Positions 1 to 8,246 of a stretch of 64,000 bases of DNA are shown piece by piece. The notes beneath the pieces are model-generated. The model had not been told where the DNA came from. It did not search any database and worked only from the letters and a program-made list of their open reading frames with translations. How positions within the stretch are numbered: position 1 is the first letter of the stretch; each line of letters begins with the position of its first letter. The position numbers and the translations under genes are program-made. Source of the DNA: an uncultured Haloferula sp. (GTDB lineage: Bacteria; Verrucomicrobiota; Verrucomicrobiia; Verrucomicrobiales; Akkermansiaceae); NCBI GenBank assembly GCA_965652295.1, contig CBFGTS010000005.1, forward strand, positions 160,001 to 224,000, read 5' to 3'.

Positions 1-932
1 AGCGACAACTTGAAAAAGCCGGACGTCTGCCCGGCCTCGATGGCCCGGAAGAGAAGTTCATAGTCCTCCTCGTCATATCCCTGAGGCTGGGCGACCGTTA
101 CACGGTTGGCCGCCACATCCGTCAGGACCATCCGGAAACAATAGGCTTGCAGCCGGGTATCCGAGTCACCGTCGGTGCCGGCAACATCATCGCTCACTCC
201 ATGGATCAGGCCGCTGGTCGGATCGCCCGGCGTGACGTAGGGGTCGATCCCTGAAGGAAGCTGGTTCTTCGTGGCACGAGCGGTCTGGATCCCGTTGTAG
301 TTCTCCCCGTAGGTCGCATTCGATTCCCGGCCGACGGTGAAGCTCACGGAGGCACCCGGCAGGAGATCGCCTTCATAGGTCGCGTCGACGAACATGGATC
401 CGGGAAACACCCGGCCATCCTCAAGACGCAGCGCGGTGATCGCGTCGCCGCTTTTCAACACCCCCCCTTCGAGGTCGAGGCGACCCTGCACCACCGTCAC
501 CGCCGCATCAGCGATGAAATCATTGAAGATCGCCTCCGCCACCTTCGGTTCGAACACCGAGGCGATGCCCAAAGTCGAGTTGAAGGCAGGGCCGTTCTGG
601 CCCGCCATCCCGAGGTTCTTACTCTGCCAGTTCCAGGCCGAATCCGCCTGATAGTGATCATAAATCGCTTCGAAGAACTCGCGGCTGAGACCGCCGAGAA
701 TTTCTTCGTCTCCGAGGTCCGTCCAGCCCAGCCCGCTGGACGTCAGACCACCGAGATGCCCGGTCGGGGAAATAAGAACCACCGAACGGCCCGAGCGTGC
801 TGCCTGGACCGCCGCGGTGACGCCGCCGGAGGTGCCGCCGTAGACGATGATGTCACGAGCCGGTTCATCGGCCGAAGCGGATGTTGCAGTCAGAAGGGCA
901 CCAAGGAACAGAGTTGGAAACGTGTGATTCAC
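1..932 (-). CDS. Exported FAD-dependent oxidoreductase (FAD_oxidored/PF12831-like), 3' end runs off the window
   Basis: Not in the ORF track because it is open at the edge. Manual translation from GTG at 932 gives VNHTFPTLFLGALLTATSASA-DEPARDIIVYGGTSGGVTAAVQAARSGRSVVLI...HLGGLTSSGLGWTD: a signal peptide plus a Rossmann FAD-binding motif. A later FVDATYEGDL motif is also present. Confidence 0.85.
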   Translation of the reverse strand, partial: MNHTFPTLFLGALLTATSASADEPARDIIVYGGTSGGVTAAVQAARSGRSVVLISPTGHLGGLTSSGLGWTDLGDEEILGGLSREFFEAIYDHYQADSAWNWQSKNLGMAGQNGPAFNSTLGIASVFEPKVAEAIFNDFIADAAVTVVQGRLDLEGGVLKSGDAITALRLEDGRVFPGSMFVDATYEGDLLPGASVSFTVGRESNATYGENYNGIQTARATKNQLPSGIDPYVTPGDPTSGLIHGVSDDVAGTDGDSDTRLQAYCFRMVLTDVAANRVTVAQPQGYDEEDYELLFRAIEAGQTSGFFKLS

Positions 933-961
933 AACGGATGATTGAGGGAAAAAAGACATGG

Positions 962-2008
962 TCAGGGTGCCTCAGTGATCACTTGGAGGCGGATGAAGTT
1001 CTTCCCGGCAGGAAGAGCGAATGGGCGTTTCACCGTTTCGTATGGCATCCAGTTGGATAGATCCGGGCTCTGCTGGATTTCGAAGATCAGGTCGGCGGTC
1101 CCGTCGGAAGCCGGGGCAATAGCGCCATGGCCAGCCAATGCGTGGATGCCGTCGAGATCATGGAGGTCGAAGAATCCAGGGTTGTCCCGGATGGCCTGGA
1201 TCAGGTCGGTTTCCGGAACTCCGGGGTTCAGTCCGACCTCGAGTTCCTGTTCGTCGGTCAGCCCATCGCCATCGGAGTCGAGCGTTGAAAACGGGGTCAC
1301 ATCCGCGAACGTGTTCCCGATCCTCAATTCGTCGATCTGCAGCGATGCCCCGTTCTGCCCGGCCACACGCAGCCGGTCGAATTGAAGATCGGGTGCCTCG
1401 ATCGTGGCATTGGCCTCACCCGTTGGCCCCGTGAGTGGCGGATCCACGAACAGCTCGACGCGGTCGACTCCATCTGTGGCATCGACGGTGAGATGAAGCA
1501 CGATCAGGTGAGTTTGGCCGAATGTTCCCACTCCGGCCGGTTGGGCGGACGCCAGCGCGAAATTGTTGAGGGTAATGGTCGCGGTGGAGGTGGTGCTGGC
1601 ATTGCTGACGGCAAAAACCGACGTCTCCCCCTGATAGAAATTGACTCCCTCAAACAGCGAGTTCGCTGCCGGCAGTCGGTAGAGAAACGAGATCCAGGCG
1701 TCATCGAACGGAGCCCCCGAAACCACCCGGAAACTGCGGGTGGTGGTAGCTCCCGCCGTGTCCAGCGTTCGCCCCGATACCATCAGCGAGCGATGCCCCG
1801 CATCGGTGTATCCCAGAAAATCCGGCGAGACGCGGCAAGACCCGCCATCCTGCGTCCAGGCTGCCGCCCACCCGGCTCCGCCAGCCTGCCCCGTCACGGC
1901 TCCCTCAACATAGTCGAAAGGTTCGTGAACGAGCAGCGCCGCGTCGCACGGGAGGGTGCAAAGCAACCCCGCAAGGACGCGGGGTGCCGCGATTGATGGG
2001 ATCATCAT
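962..2008 (-). CDS. Exported beta-rich protein with a DxDxDG Ca-binding repeat and the shared C-terminal domain
   Basis: Start moved to MMIPSIAAPRVLAGLLCTLPCDA (signal peptide). Then LLVHEPFDY...IDELRIG, DSDGDGLTDEQE, and an end of FEIQQSPDLSNW...GKNFIRLQV. Confidence 0.8.
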   Translation of the reverse strand: MMIPSIAAPRVLAGLLCTLPCDAALLVHEPFDYVEGAVTGQAGGAGWAAAWTQDGGSCRVSPDFLGYTDAGHRSLMVSGRTLDTAGATTTRSFRVVSGAPFDDAWISFLYRLPAANSLFEGVNFYQGETSVFAVSNASTTSTATITLNNFALASAQPAGVGTFGQTHLIVLHLTVDATDGVDRVELFVDPPLTGPTGEANATIEAPDLQFDRLRVAGQNGASLQIDELRIGNTFADVTPFSTLDSDGDGLTDEQELEVGLNPGVPETDLIQAIRDNPGFFDLHDLDGIHALAGHGAIAPASDGTADLIFEIQQSPDLSNWMPYETVKRPFALPAGKNFIRLQVITEAP

Positions 2009-2030
2009 ACGCTGGTGAAAGGCCAGAACC

Positions 2031-2903
2031 TCAACGGCGGCGGCGGAAGAGCAACGTGCCTGCAAGCAGTGAAAGCAGCGAGGTGGAGGGCTCGGGCACC
2101 TGAACAATCTGGACCATGTTCATGAAGCCTCGAAGCTCGGTTCCATCCGGATTGCCATCCGACGCGAGGAACAACGACTCTCCATCAGCCAATGTCACAT
2201 GGATCGAGACATAATTTTCACCTGCGATAAAGGCGTCGTAGCCGGCTGGGTTGCTGTTAGGCACCGCTGAGTTCGCCGCCGTGGCGGCCGTCAGCGCCGA
2301 GTAGTCAAAGGTTCCAGCCAGGGAACCCGCGGCGGCAAAGAAGTCCGTCGCCCGTGTCGCACTGGAGTTCGTGTTCCGCCCCAGCATGAAGATCGCGTAC
2401 TCCCCGGCTGCCAGTCCGTCGATCCGCAGGCCCAGGCCGTCATTGGAGCCGCCGGCATTCCCCAACCATCCAGCCCGGGCGGGGGCGGTGTTCGAGGAAG
2501 TCGTCCCATTCCCGTAGATGGAGTTCGGGCTGGACATCAGGCTGATGTTCCCCGGTGTGGCGCTATCGGTGCCATCAACCGCAGTGACATTGATCGTCGC
2601 GGCGGTGGAATAGTCGATGGTGTTGGCAAGCGAGGCACTCTCCGAGCCGATCACCAGGGTCACGCCCGTGGCGGTGCTGCCGTCACTGTAGAGCAGGGAG
2701 GAAGGGGCGGCGGTGCTGTCGAGGTTGTTCCAGGTCGACTCGCCGCTTGGAATCGCACCGGTAGCGTGCCCGGGGCTGAGCGTGAGGTTCTCGGCACCAG
2801 AAACCGCGCCGGTACCATCCGTGTGGAAGTTGATCATCAAATTCGCGGCGGGGGCGCTTGCGGCTCCGGCCAGCAAGAGGAGGGCGATCGATTTGCTTTT
2901 CAT
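2031..2903 (-). CDS. PEP-CTERM sorting-domain surface protein
   Basis: Signal peptide MKSKSIALLLLAGAASAPA; C-terminus VPEPSTSLLSLLAGTLLFRRRR. Confidence 0.92.
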   Translation of the reverse strand: MKSKSIALLLLAGAASAPAANLMINFHTDGTGAVSGAENLTLSPGHATGAIPSGESTWNNLDSTAAPSSLLYSDGSTATGVTLVIGSESASLANTIDYSTAATINVTAVDGTDSATPGNISLMSSPNSIYGNGTTSSNTAPARAGWLGNAGGSNDGLGLRIDGLAAGEYAIFMLGRNTNSSATRATDFFAAAGSLAGTFDYSALTAATAANSAVPNSNPAGYDAFIAGENYVSIHVTLADGESLFLASDGNPDGTELRGFMNMVQIVQVPEPSTSLLSLLAGTLLFRRRR

Positions 2904-2942
2904 TGGGTTCAGGGGATTCAGGTTTTGTCAATGACACGCCCT

Positions 2943-2971
2943 ATGCCCCACCCGGCGCAAAAGTTAGCAAC
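2943..2971 (-). promoter_or_regulatory. Putative ECF promoter for the PEP-CTERM operon
   Basis: Minus strand reads GTTGCTAACTTTT-N11-GGCAT, the same architecture and spacing as the plus-strand copy at 2991-3019. Confidence 0.6.
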
Positions 2972-2990
2972 TTGACCCTAAAATCGCTCC

Positions 2991-3019
2991 GTTGCTAAGT
3001 TTTCACCCTTTGCCGGCAT
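2991..3019 (+). promoter_or_regulatory. Putative autoregulatory ECF promoter
   Basis: GTTGCTAAGTTTT-N11-GGCAT ending 25 nt before the sigma ATG at 3045. Confidence 0.6.
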
Positions 3020-3044
3020 TTATCCGCGAGAACTTCCATCGACG

Positions 3045-3617
3045 ATGAGCGAACCCTCAGAAGAACGGCCCTGCGAGCACGAGCATCACGTTGCTTCCGT
3101 CCAAGGGCTTTTCCTGAAGTTCCAGCCGATGATCCGGTCCTACATCCTGTCCATCGTCCCTGATTTCACTCTGGCCGAGGATATCCTCCAGGAGACTTTC
3201 CTGGTCGTTTCCCGCAAGTCCGAGAGCTTCGTGCTCGGCACCAGTTTCCCCGCCTGGGTCAAGACCATTGCCCGCTTCAAGGCGCTCGAAACGCTTCGTC
3301 GCGAGCGGGGGAGGCATGTGCTGCTTTCCGAGCAGGTCCTCGAGGCGCTCGACAGCGATCCTCATCCCTATGCCGTTCCGGTTGAGATCGACCGACGGAT
3401 CGAATCCCTCCGCGCCTGCATCGAGCAACTCGCGCCCCAGGCCCGGCGATCCATCGAATACCGCTACCGTGGCGACCACCGGCCTCCGCAGATCGCCCGG
3501 CTTATGGGTTGCTCGGTCAAGTCCATCAACGTCACCCTGTCGCGTGCCCGCGCATTCCTCCGCGAGTGCGTCACCCAGCGGATGGGCATCGAGTCATCCT
3601 CAACATCCTTGCCATGA
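3045..3617 (+). CDS. ECF RNA polymerase sigma-70 factor
   Basis: Region 2 LAEDILQETFL...FPAWVKTIARF; region 4 LAPQARRSIEYRY...QIARLMGCSVKSINVTLSRARAFLRECV. Confidence 0.93.
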   Translation: MSEPSEERPCEHEHHVASVQGLFLKFQPMIRSYILSIVPDFTLAEDILQETFLVVSRKSESFVLGTSFPAWVKTIARFKALETLRRERGRHVLLSEQVLEALDSDPHPYAVPVEIDRRIESLRACIEQLAPQARRSIEYRYRGDHRPPQIARLMGCSVKSINVTLSRARAFLRECVTQRMGIESSSTSLP

Positions 3618-5200
3618 TCGACGAAGCAAGACTCGACGTGCTGTTGAACGCCTACTTTGACCAACGGCTTGAGGAAGCCGAGCGGTCCGAGCTGGAGGCG
3701 ATGCTCCTCCAATCGTCGCGGGCACGCGAAAAATTCCGTGCCCATGGAGAACAACACGGGCTCTTGCGCGAGTGGGCGTTGCGCGAAAACGGAGCAACCG
3801 CCTGGGAAACCTCCGCTCGGGAATCCAAGGGCATCATCCGCATCGCGTGGATTGCTGCTGCTCTGGCGGCTTGTGTCACCGTCGGCTTCTGGCTCTTCCG
3901 AAGTCCGGCTGGGAGTGACCACGCAACCGGTTCCATCGCGCGCCAGGAGGCGGATGCGGTGGGCTCGCCCGCCAACGAGGTCGCCCTTCTCGCCGATCAG
4001 GTCAACGTGGAGTGGCCTTCGGGCATCACGGGTTTCGAGTCTGGATCCGCTCTTCCGAAAGGTCCCTTTGTCCTGGAAAAGGGCTTGGTTCGCCTCGACT
4101 TCTACAGCGGCGCGAAGGTCTATCTCGAAGGACCCGCTTCGCTCGATCTGATTTCGCCCGAGCTCGCGCGACTCAACTTTGGCAAGCTCACCGCCCAGGT
4201 TCCTGCTCCGGCGCACGGCTTCACGGTCCTGAGCAACTCGATGCGTGTGGTCGACCGGGGAACCGAGTTCGGCATGAGCGCCGGCACCGACGACCATGTC
4301 CAGGTCCATGTGTTCGATGGCGAGGTGGAGCTCTTTCCGATGGATGACGCCTCGCAGATCCGCTCCATTTACGGCGGCGGAGCGGTGGCCTTCCACGATG
4401 GATCATCGACCGACCTTCCCGCCGACCGGAGCGCCTTCGCCAACCCTCTGGTGCTCCTCGAAGCCGCGAAACGAGATCGCGAACAAGAGTGGCGTGACTG
4501 GCAGGCTTATTCCAAGCGTCTCAGCCGTTCCCGGGACCTTCTCATCTACTACGATTTTCTAGAGATCAGGAATGGCGTGGTCACCAATCGCAGCGCCCAG
4601 GCCCCTGAGGAGAGCGATGGAATCCTGATCGGATGCGAACCCGTGCCGGGACGCTGGAAGCAGAAAACCGCCCTTGGATTCGCCCGCACCAGCGACCGGC
4701 TCCGTTTCCGCATCGAGGGGTCCGCTCCATCCGTCACCATGCAGGCGACCGTCCGGGTTGACAGCCTCCCTCACGATCACAACGCCCTTCTTTCGATGTC
4801 CCCGGGAGAGATTGGTGAAGTCCATTGGAAACTCGATCGGGAAGGGAGGATGCTCCTCGGACTTCGCGCAGTACGGGATCTCGACTTCGGTTCCTGGGAA
4901 CGCTTGATCAGCCCCCCTGTCGTCGGGGAAAACGACCTAGGCCACTGGCTGACACTGACCACCGTCATCGACGGCGAGGCGCGGGAGATGCGCCACTATG
5001 TCAATGGCAAGGAAGTCGCCTTCGCCCCCATCAACCGGGCGACTCCTGTCCGCCTGGGGAAAGCGAATCTGGGAAACTTTGACAGCCCGGAAGACGCGCA
5101 TGTCGACACCACCGTGACACGAAATTTCAATGGTCGTTTTGCGGAGTTCGCCCTCTTCACCCGGGCTCTTTCGCCCGAGGAATTGCAGGCATACCCCTGA
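3614..5200 (+). CDS. FecR-domain anti-sigma factor with C-terminal LamG/concanavalin-like domain
   Basis: ATGA overlap with the sigma stop. N-terminal anti-sigma helix, one TM (IAWIAAALAACVTVGFWLF), FecR core VVDRGTEFG...VHVFDGEVEL, and LamG end FNGRFAEFALFTRALS. Confidence 0.88.
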   Translation: MIDEARLDVLLNAYFDQRLEEAERSELEAMLLQSSRAREKFRAHGEQHGLLREWALRENGATAWETSARESKGIIRIAWIAAALAACVTVGFWLFRSPAGSDHATGSIARQEADAVGSPANEVALLADQVNVEWPSGITGFESGSALPKGPFVLEKGLVRLDFYSGAKVYLEGPASLDLISPELARLNFGKLTAQVPAPAHGFTVLSNSMRVVDRGTEFGMSAGTDDHVQVHVFDGEVELFPMDDASQIRSIYGGGAVAFHDGSSTDLPADRSAFANPLVLLEAAKRDREQEWRDWQAYSKRLSRSRDLLIYYDFLEIRNGVVTNRSAQAPEESDGILIGCEPVPGRWKQKTALGFARTSDRLRFRIEGSAPSVTMQATVRVDSLPHDHNALLSMSPGEIGEVHWKLDREGRMLLGLRAVRDLDFGSWERLISPPVVGENDLGHWLTLTTVIDGEAREMRHYVNGKEVAFAPINRATPVRLGKANLGNFDSPEDAHVDTTVTRNFNGRFAEFALFTRALSPEELQAYP

Positions 5201-5304
5201 TCCATTGGAGAGGGGATCCACGCGAGTGAACGGCGATTCCTCCGCCTTTCCGAGGGCAGGGCTTTGAAAGCATGACCAGCTTGATCCGGTAAGCTTTTCG
5301 ACCG

Positions 5305-5841
5305 ATGGAAGAAGACGGTGAATTCTCTCACGATTCAGAGGCCGCTCTCCGCCGCCTCTACCCGGTTCTGCGGGCCATGGCGGGAGAACGGATGGTCTTC
5401 GAGCGTGCGGGACACACTTTGCAGCCGACCGCGCTGGCCCACGAGGCTTGGCTCCGCATGCGGTCAGGCAGAGATCCGAACTGGAAAAACTCATCGCATT
5501 TTTGTGCCGCTGCGGCGGAGACCATGCGGCGGATTTTGATCGACCGCGCACGCCGCAGGAAACGGCTGAAGCACGCCGGGACCATGGAGCGGGTATCCAT
5601 GAGCACCGCGGAGGAAGAGGAAACCGAGCATGACGACGAGCCGGTGCTTCTGGTCAATGCCGCACTGGAGAAGCTCAAGAAGGCGAACCCACTTCGAGCG
5701 AAAGTGGTCCTGCTGAAGTTTTTCGGAGGAATGACCAATCAGGAGGTCGCGGAAGAGCTCGGCGTGACCGAGCGCACCGTGGAGCGGTACTGGGCCTACT
5801 CGAAAACCTGGCTCTTCAGGGAGATTCAAGGTGAGCGCTGA
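5305..5841 (+). CDS. ECF sigma factor, TIGR02999/ECF43-like (kinase-associated)
   Basis: HTLQPTALAHEAWLRM, AAAETMRRILIDRARRR and LKFFGGMT...TERTVERYW; directly upstream of a Ser/Thr kinase. Confidence 0.92.
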   Translation: MEEDGEFSHDSEAALRRLYPVLRAMAGERMVFERAGHTLQPTALAHEAWLRMRSGRDPNWKNSSHFCAAAAETMRRILIDRARRRKRLKHAGTMERVSMSTAEEEETEHDDEPVLLVNAALEKLKKANPLRAKVVLLKFFGGMTNQEVAEELGVTERTVERYWAYSKTWLFREIQGER

Positions 5842-5873
5842 ATCCATCGCCCACCCACTGTCACGATTTCCGC

Positions 5874-5900
5874 TGTCGGTTCCGGCGGCCGGTTGTCGCA
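5874..5900 (+). promoter_or_regulatory. Candidate ECF43-type promoter upstream of kinase 1
   Basis: TGTCGG-N17-CGCA in the sigma-kinase gap; one of five similar intergenic copies. Confidence 0.45.
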
Positions 5901-5952
5901 TGCAGTCGGAGGAGGTGTCGGAAACGCCGCGCCATCCCGCAGCGAATCACTG

Positions 5953-8121
5953 ATGAGTGCCTCCAGCCCCACCCCAGAAAGCACCATCGATTCCGTGGAA
6001 ATCGACAACGCGATCTTTGCAACGGCGATGGAGATCACGGACCCGGCCCAGCGCGGCGAATTTCTTGATCGCATCTACCGGGACGATCCGGATGGTCGCA
6101 GCGGCATGGAGAAGCTCGTGGAAATGGCGGGCATTTCCTCCGCCTTCTTTCTCGAAGGCAGCATGGACAGGGCCGAACTGGCGCAACAGGTGATCGAACA
6201 GCTGCCCGACGAGGACTTCCAGGAGGCCGGGGAGGGCACTTCGCTGGAGGAGAAGGAGGGGACGAAGGTCGGTCGCTACACGCTCCTCCGCAAGATCGGC
6301 GAGGGAGGCTGCGGAGAAATCTTCGAGGCCGCGCAGGAAGGCATGATCCGCCCGGTGGCCCTCAAGATCATCCGCCGCGGCATGGACACGGACTCGGTCG
6401 TCTCGCGGTTCGAGGCGGAGCGGTGCGCCTTGGAGATCATGGATCACCCCAACATCGCGCGGGTGCAGGACGCGGGCCGAACGCCCACCGGTCGCCCCTA
6501 CTTCGTCATGGAGCTGGTCCGCGGCCCGACCATCACCACTTTCTGCGAAAACGAGCGTCTCGGAGTCCGGCAACGTCTCGAGCTCTTCCTCATGGTCTGT
6601 CAGGCGATCCAGCACGCGCACCAGAAGGGCATCGTCCACCGCGATATCAAACCGTCGAACATCCTCGTCGAGAGCCTCGACGGGACCTTCGTGCCCAAGG
6701 TGATCGACTTCGGCATCGCCAAGGCCATGCAGCCGAATCTTCCCGGCCGGGAAGAGGTCACCCACTTCGACCATTTCATGGGCACGCCGGCCTACATGAG
6801 CCCCGAGCAGGTCGATATGGGCGGCATGGATATCGACACCCGGGCGGACATCTACAGCCTGGGGGCGCTGCTCTACGAGTTGCTGGCGGGAGTGCCGCCC
6901 TTCGACAGCAAGATGCTGCTTTCCCACGGCGTCACGGAGATGCGCCGGATTCTGCTGGAGGAGACCCCGCCTCTTCCCTCCGAAGCGGCGCGGGCCCTCG
7001 GGGACAGATGGTCGGCTTCGGTCCGCGGCGATCTGGATTGGATCATCTTCAAGGCCATGGAGAAGGAGCGGAACCGCCGCTACCTCACGGTGAACAGTCT
7101 TTCCATGGACCTCCGCCGCTACCTGAAAAACGAGCCCGTTCTCGCCAGAAAGCCGAGCCGGCGGTACCTGATGTCCAAGTTTTTCCATCGCAACCGGCTG
7201 GCTTGCCTGCTGGGTGCGGCGGTGTTGCTTTCATTGATCGGCGGGCTCGGCACGGCCACGGTGATGTATCTGGGGGAAAAGGACGCGCTCGCCGAGCAGG
7301 CGAGGCTGAAACAGCAGGCTCAGGCGCGCGCCAACGTATCGCGGGCCGCCATTCTTCTGAGCGAAGGCAATGCGGAGGAGGCCGACCGCCTGCTGCGGAA
7401 AGACCCGCTGGAGTCGATCGATGCCTCCCCGGAGGCCGCCGAGGTCTTCCGCTCGCTCGGTCACTGGAACGCGGTGCTCGGGCGCTGGCAGCAGGCGGCG
7501 AATTGCTTCCGTCTGATGATCGAGGCCAACCGGCTGGGAGATCCGGATCGGGCGGTGGAGAAGATCGATTTCCTGATGACCGGACCGGCTCTGCTCGAGG
7601 CGGGTGACCGCGCCGGTTATCTCGAATTCCGCGACGAGGTGATGGATCGCTATCTGCCCGCGAAGAACTCGATGCAGGCCGAGCACCTGCTGAAGGTGTG
7701 TCTGCTTGTCCCCGTCGACCGCAAGACCGTCGACCGCCTCGAAACCACCGCCGAGGTGTGCCGGGCCCGGATTCCCACAAAGGAAGGGATGGATTCGTTC
7801 CCGGAATGGAATGCGCTTTCCCTCGCCTTCTTCCACTACCGGCGGGGCGAATTCCGCGAAGCGATCCGCGAAGCACAGACCTGTCTCGGCTTTCACGACC
7901 AGGCGGGCAGCCGGGCTTCGGCGGCGCGCTGCCTGCTTGCCATGTCGCACGACCGGTTGGGGGACCATGAAGAGGCGCGTCGCTTTCTCGACGAGGCCCG
8001 ATCCGCGCTGGAACAGGTCGAGTCGCTGATCGATGAGTCGGGGTTTCCTCCGATCGGCACTTGGTTTTCCTGGGCCACGACGCGGATTCTGATCCGTGAG
8101 GCCGAAGCCCAGATGCGCTAA
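5953..8121 (+). CDS. Hanks-type Ser/Thr protein kinase with TM helix and TPR-like C-terminus
   Basis: IGEGGCG, VALK, HRDIKPSN, DFG and GTPAYMSPE motifs; TM LACLLGAAVLLSLIGGLGTATVMYL. ATG 5953 is preferred over TTG 5893. Confidence 0.93.
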   Translation: MSASSPTPESTIDSVEIDNAIFATAMEITDPAQRGEFLDRIYRDDPDGRSGMEKLVEMAGISSAFFLEGSMDRAELAQQVIEQLPDEDFQEAGEGTSLEEKEGTKVGRYTLLRKIGEGGCGEIFEAAQEGMIRPVALKIIRRGMDTDSVVSRFEAERCALEIMDHPNIARVQDAGRTPTGRPYFVMELVRGPTITTFCENERLGVRQRLELFLMVCQAIQHAHQKGIVHRDIKPSNILVESLDGTFVPKVIDFGIAKAMQPNLPGREEVTHFDHFMGTPAYMSPEQVDMGGMDIDTRADIYSLGALLYELLAGVPPFDSKMLLSHGVTEMRRILLEETPPLPSEAARALGDRWSASVRGDLDWIIFKAMEKERNRRYLTVNSLSMDLRRYLKNEPVLARKPSRRYLMSKFFHRNRLACLLGAAVLLSLIGGLGTATVMYLGEKDALAEQARLKQQAQARANVSRAAILLSEGNAEEADRLLRKDPLESIDASPEAAEVFRSLGHWNAVLGRWQQAANCFRLMIEANRLGDPDRAVEKIDFLMTGPALLEAGDRAGYLEFRDEVMDRYLPAKNSMQAEHLLKVCLLVPVDRKTVDRLETTAEVCRARIPTKEGMDSFPEWNALSLAFFHYRRGEFREAIREAQTCLGFHDQAGSRASAARCLLAMSHDRLGDHEEARRFLDEARSALEQVESLIDESGFPPIGTWFSWATTRILIREAEAQMR

Positions 8122-8144
8122 AAGCACCTGCATCGGAAATTGGC

Positions 8145-8172
8145 TGTCGGGTTCCGACCGCCCGGCATCGCA
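8145..8172 (+). promoter_or_regulatory. Candidate ECF43-type promoter
   Basis: TGTCGG-N18-CGCA immediately after kinase 1 and upstream of the 8247 gene. Confidence 0.5.
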
Positions 8173-8246
8173 ATAGGAGGTCGGAGGCAGTCCGCATTCG
8201 CGTCCGCGCGATGCAGGGCTCTCCTGTCAACCCAACCAAACCCAAT

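Noticed and set aside
5280..5293. CTTGATCCGGTAAG, resembling the glycan-locus operator (also CTTGTCCTGGTT near 24634)
   Set aside because: Needs indels to match the dyad spacing; probably chance.
5831..5953. 40-codon ORF bridging sigma 1 and kinase 1 (GTG start, TGATG overlap)
   Set aside because: No motif and no counterpart in the second sigma/kinase pair. The interval is better explained by the candidate promoter.
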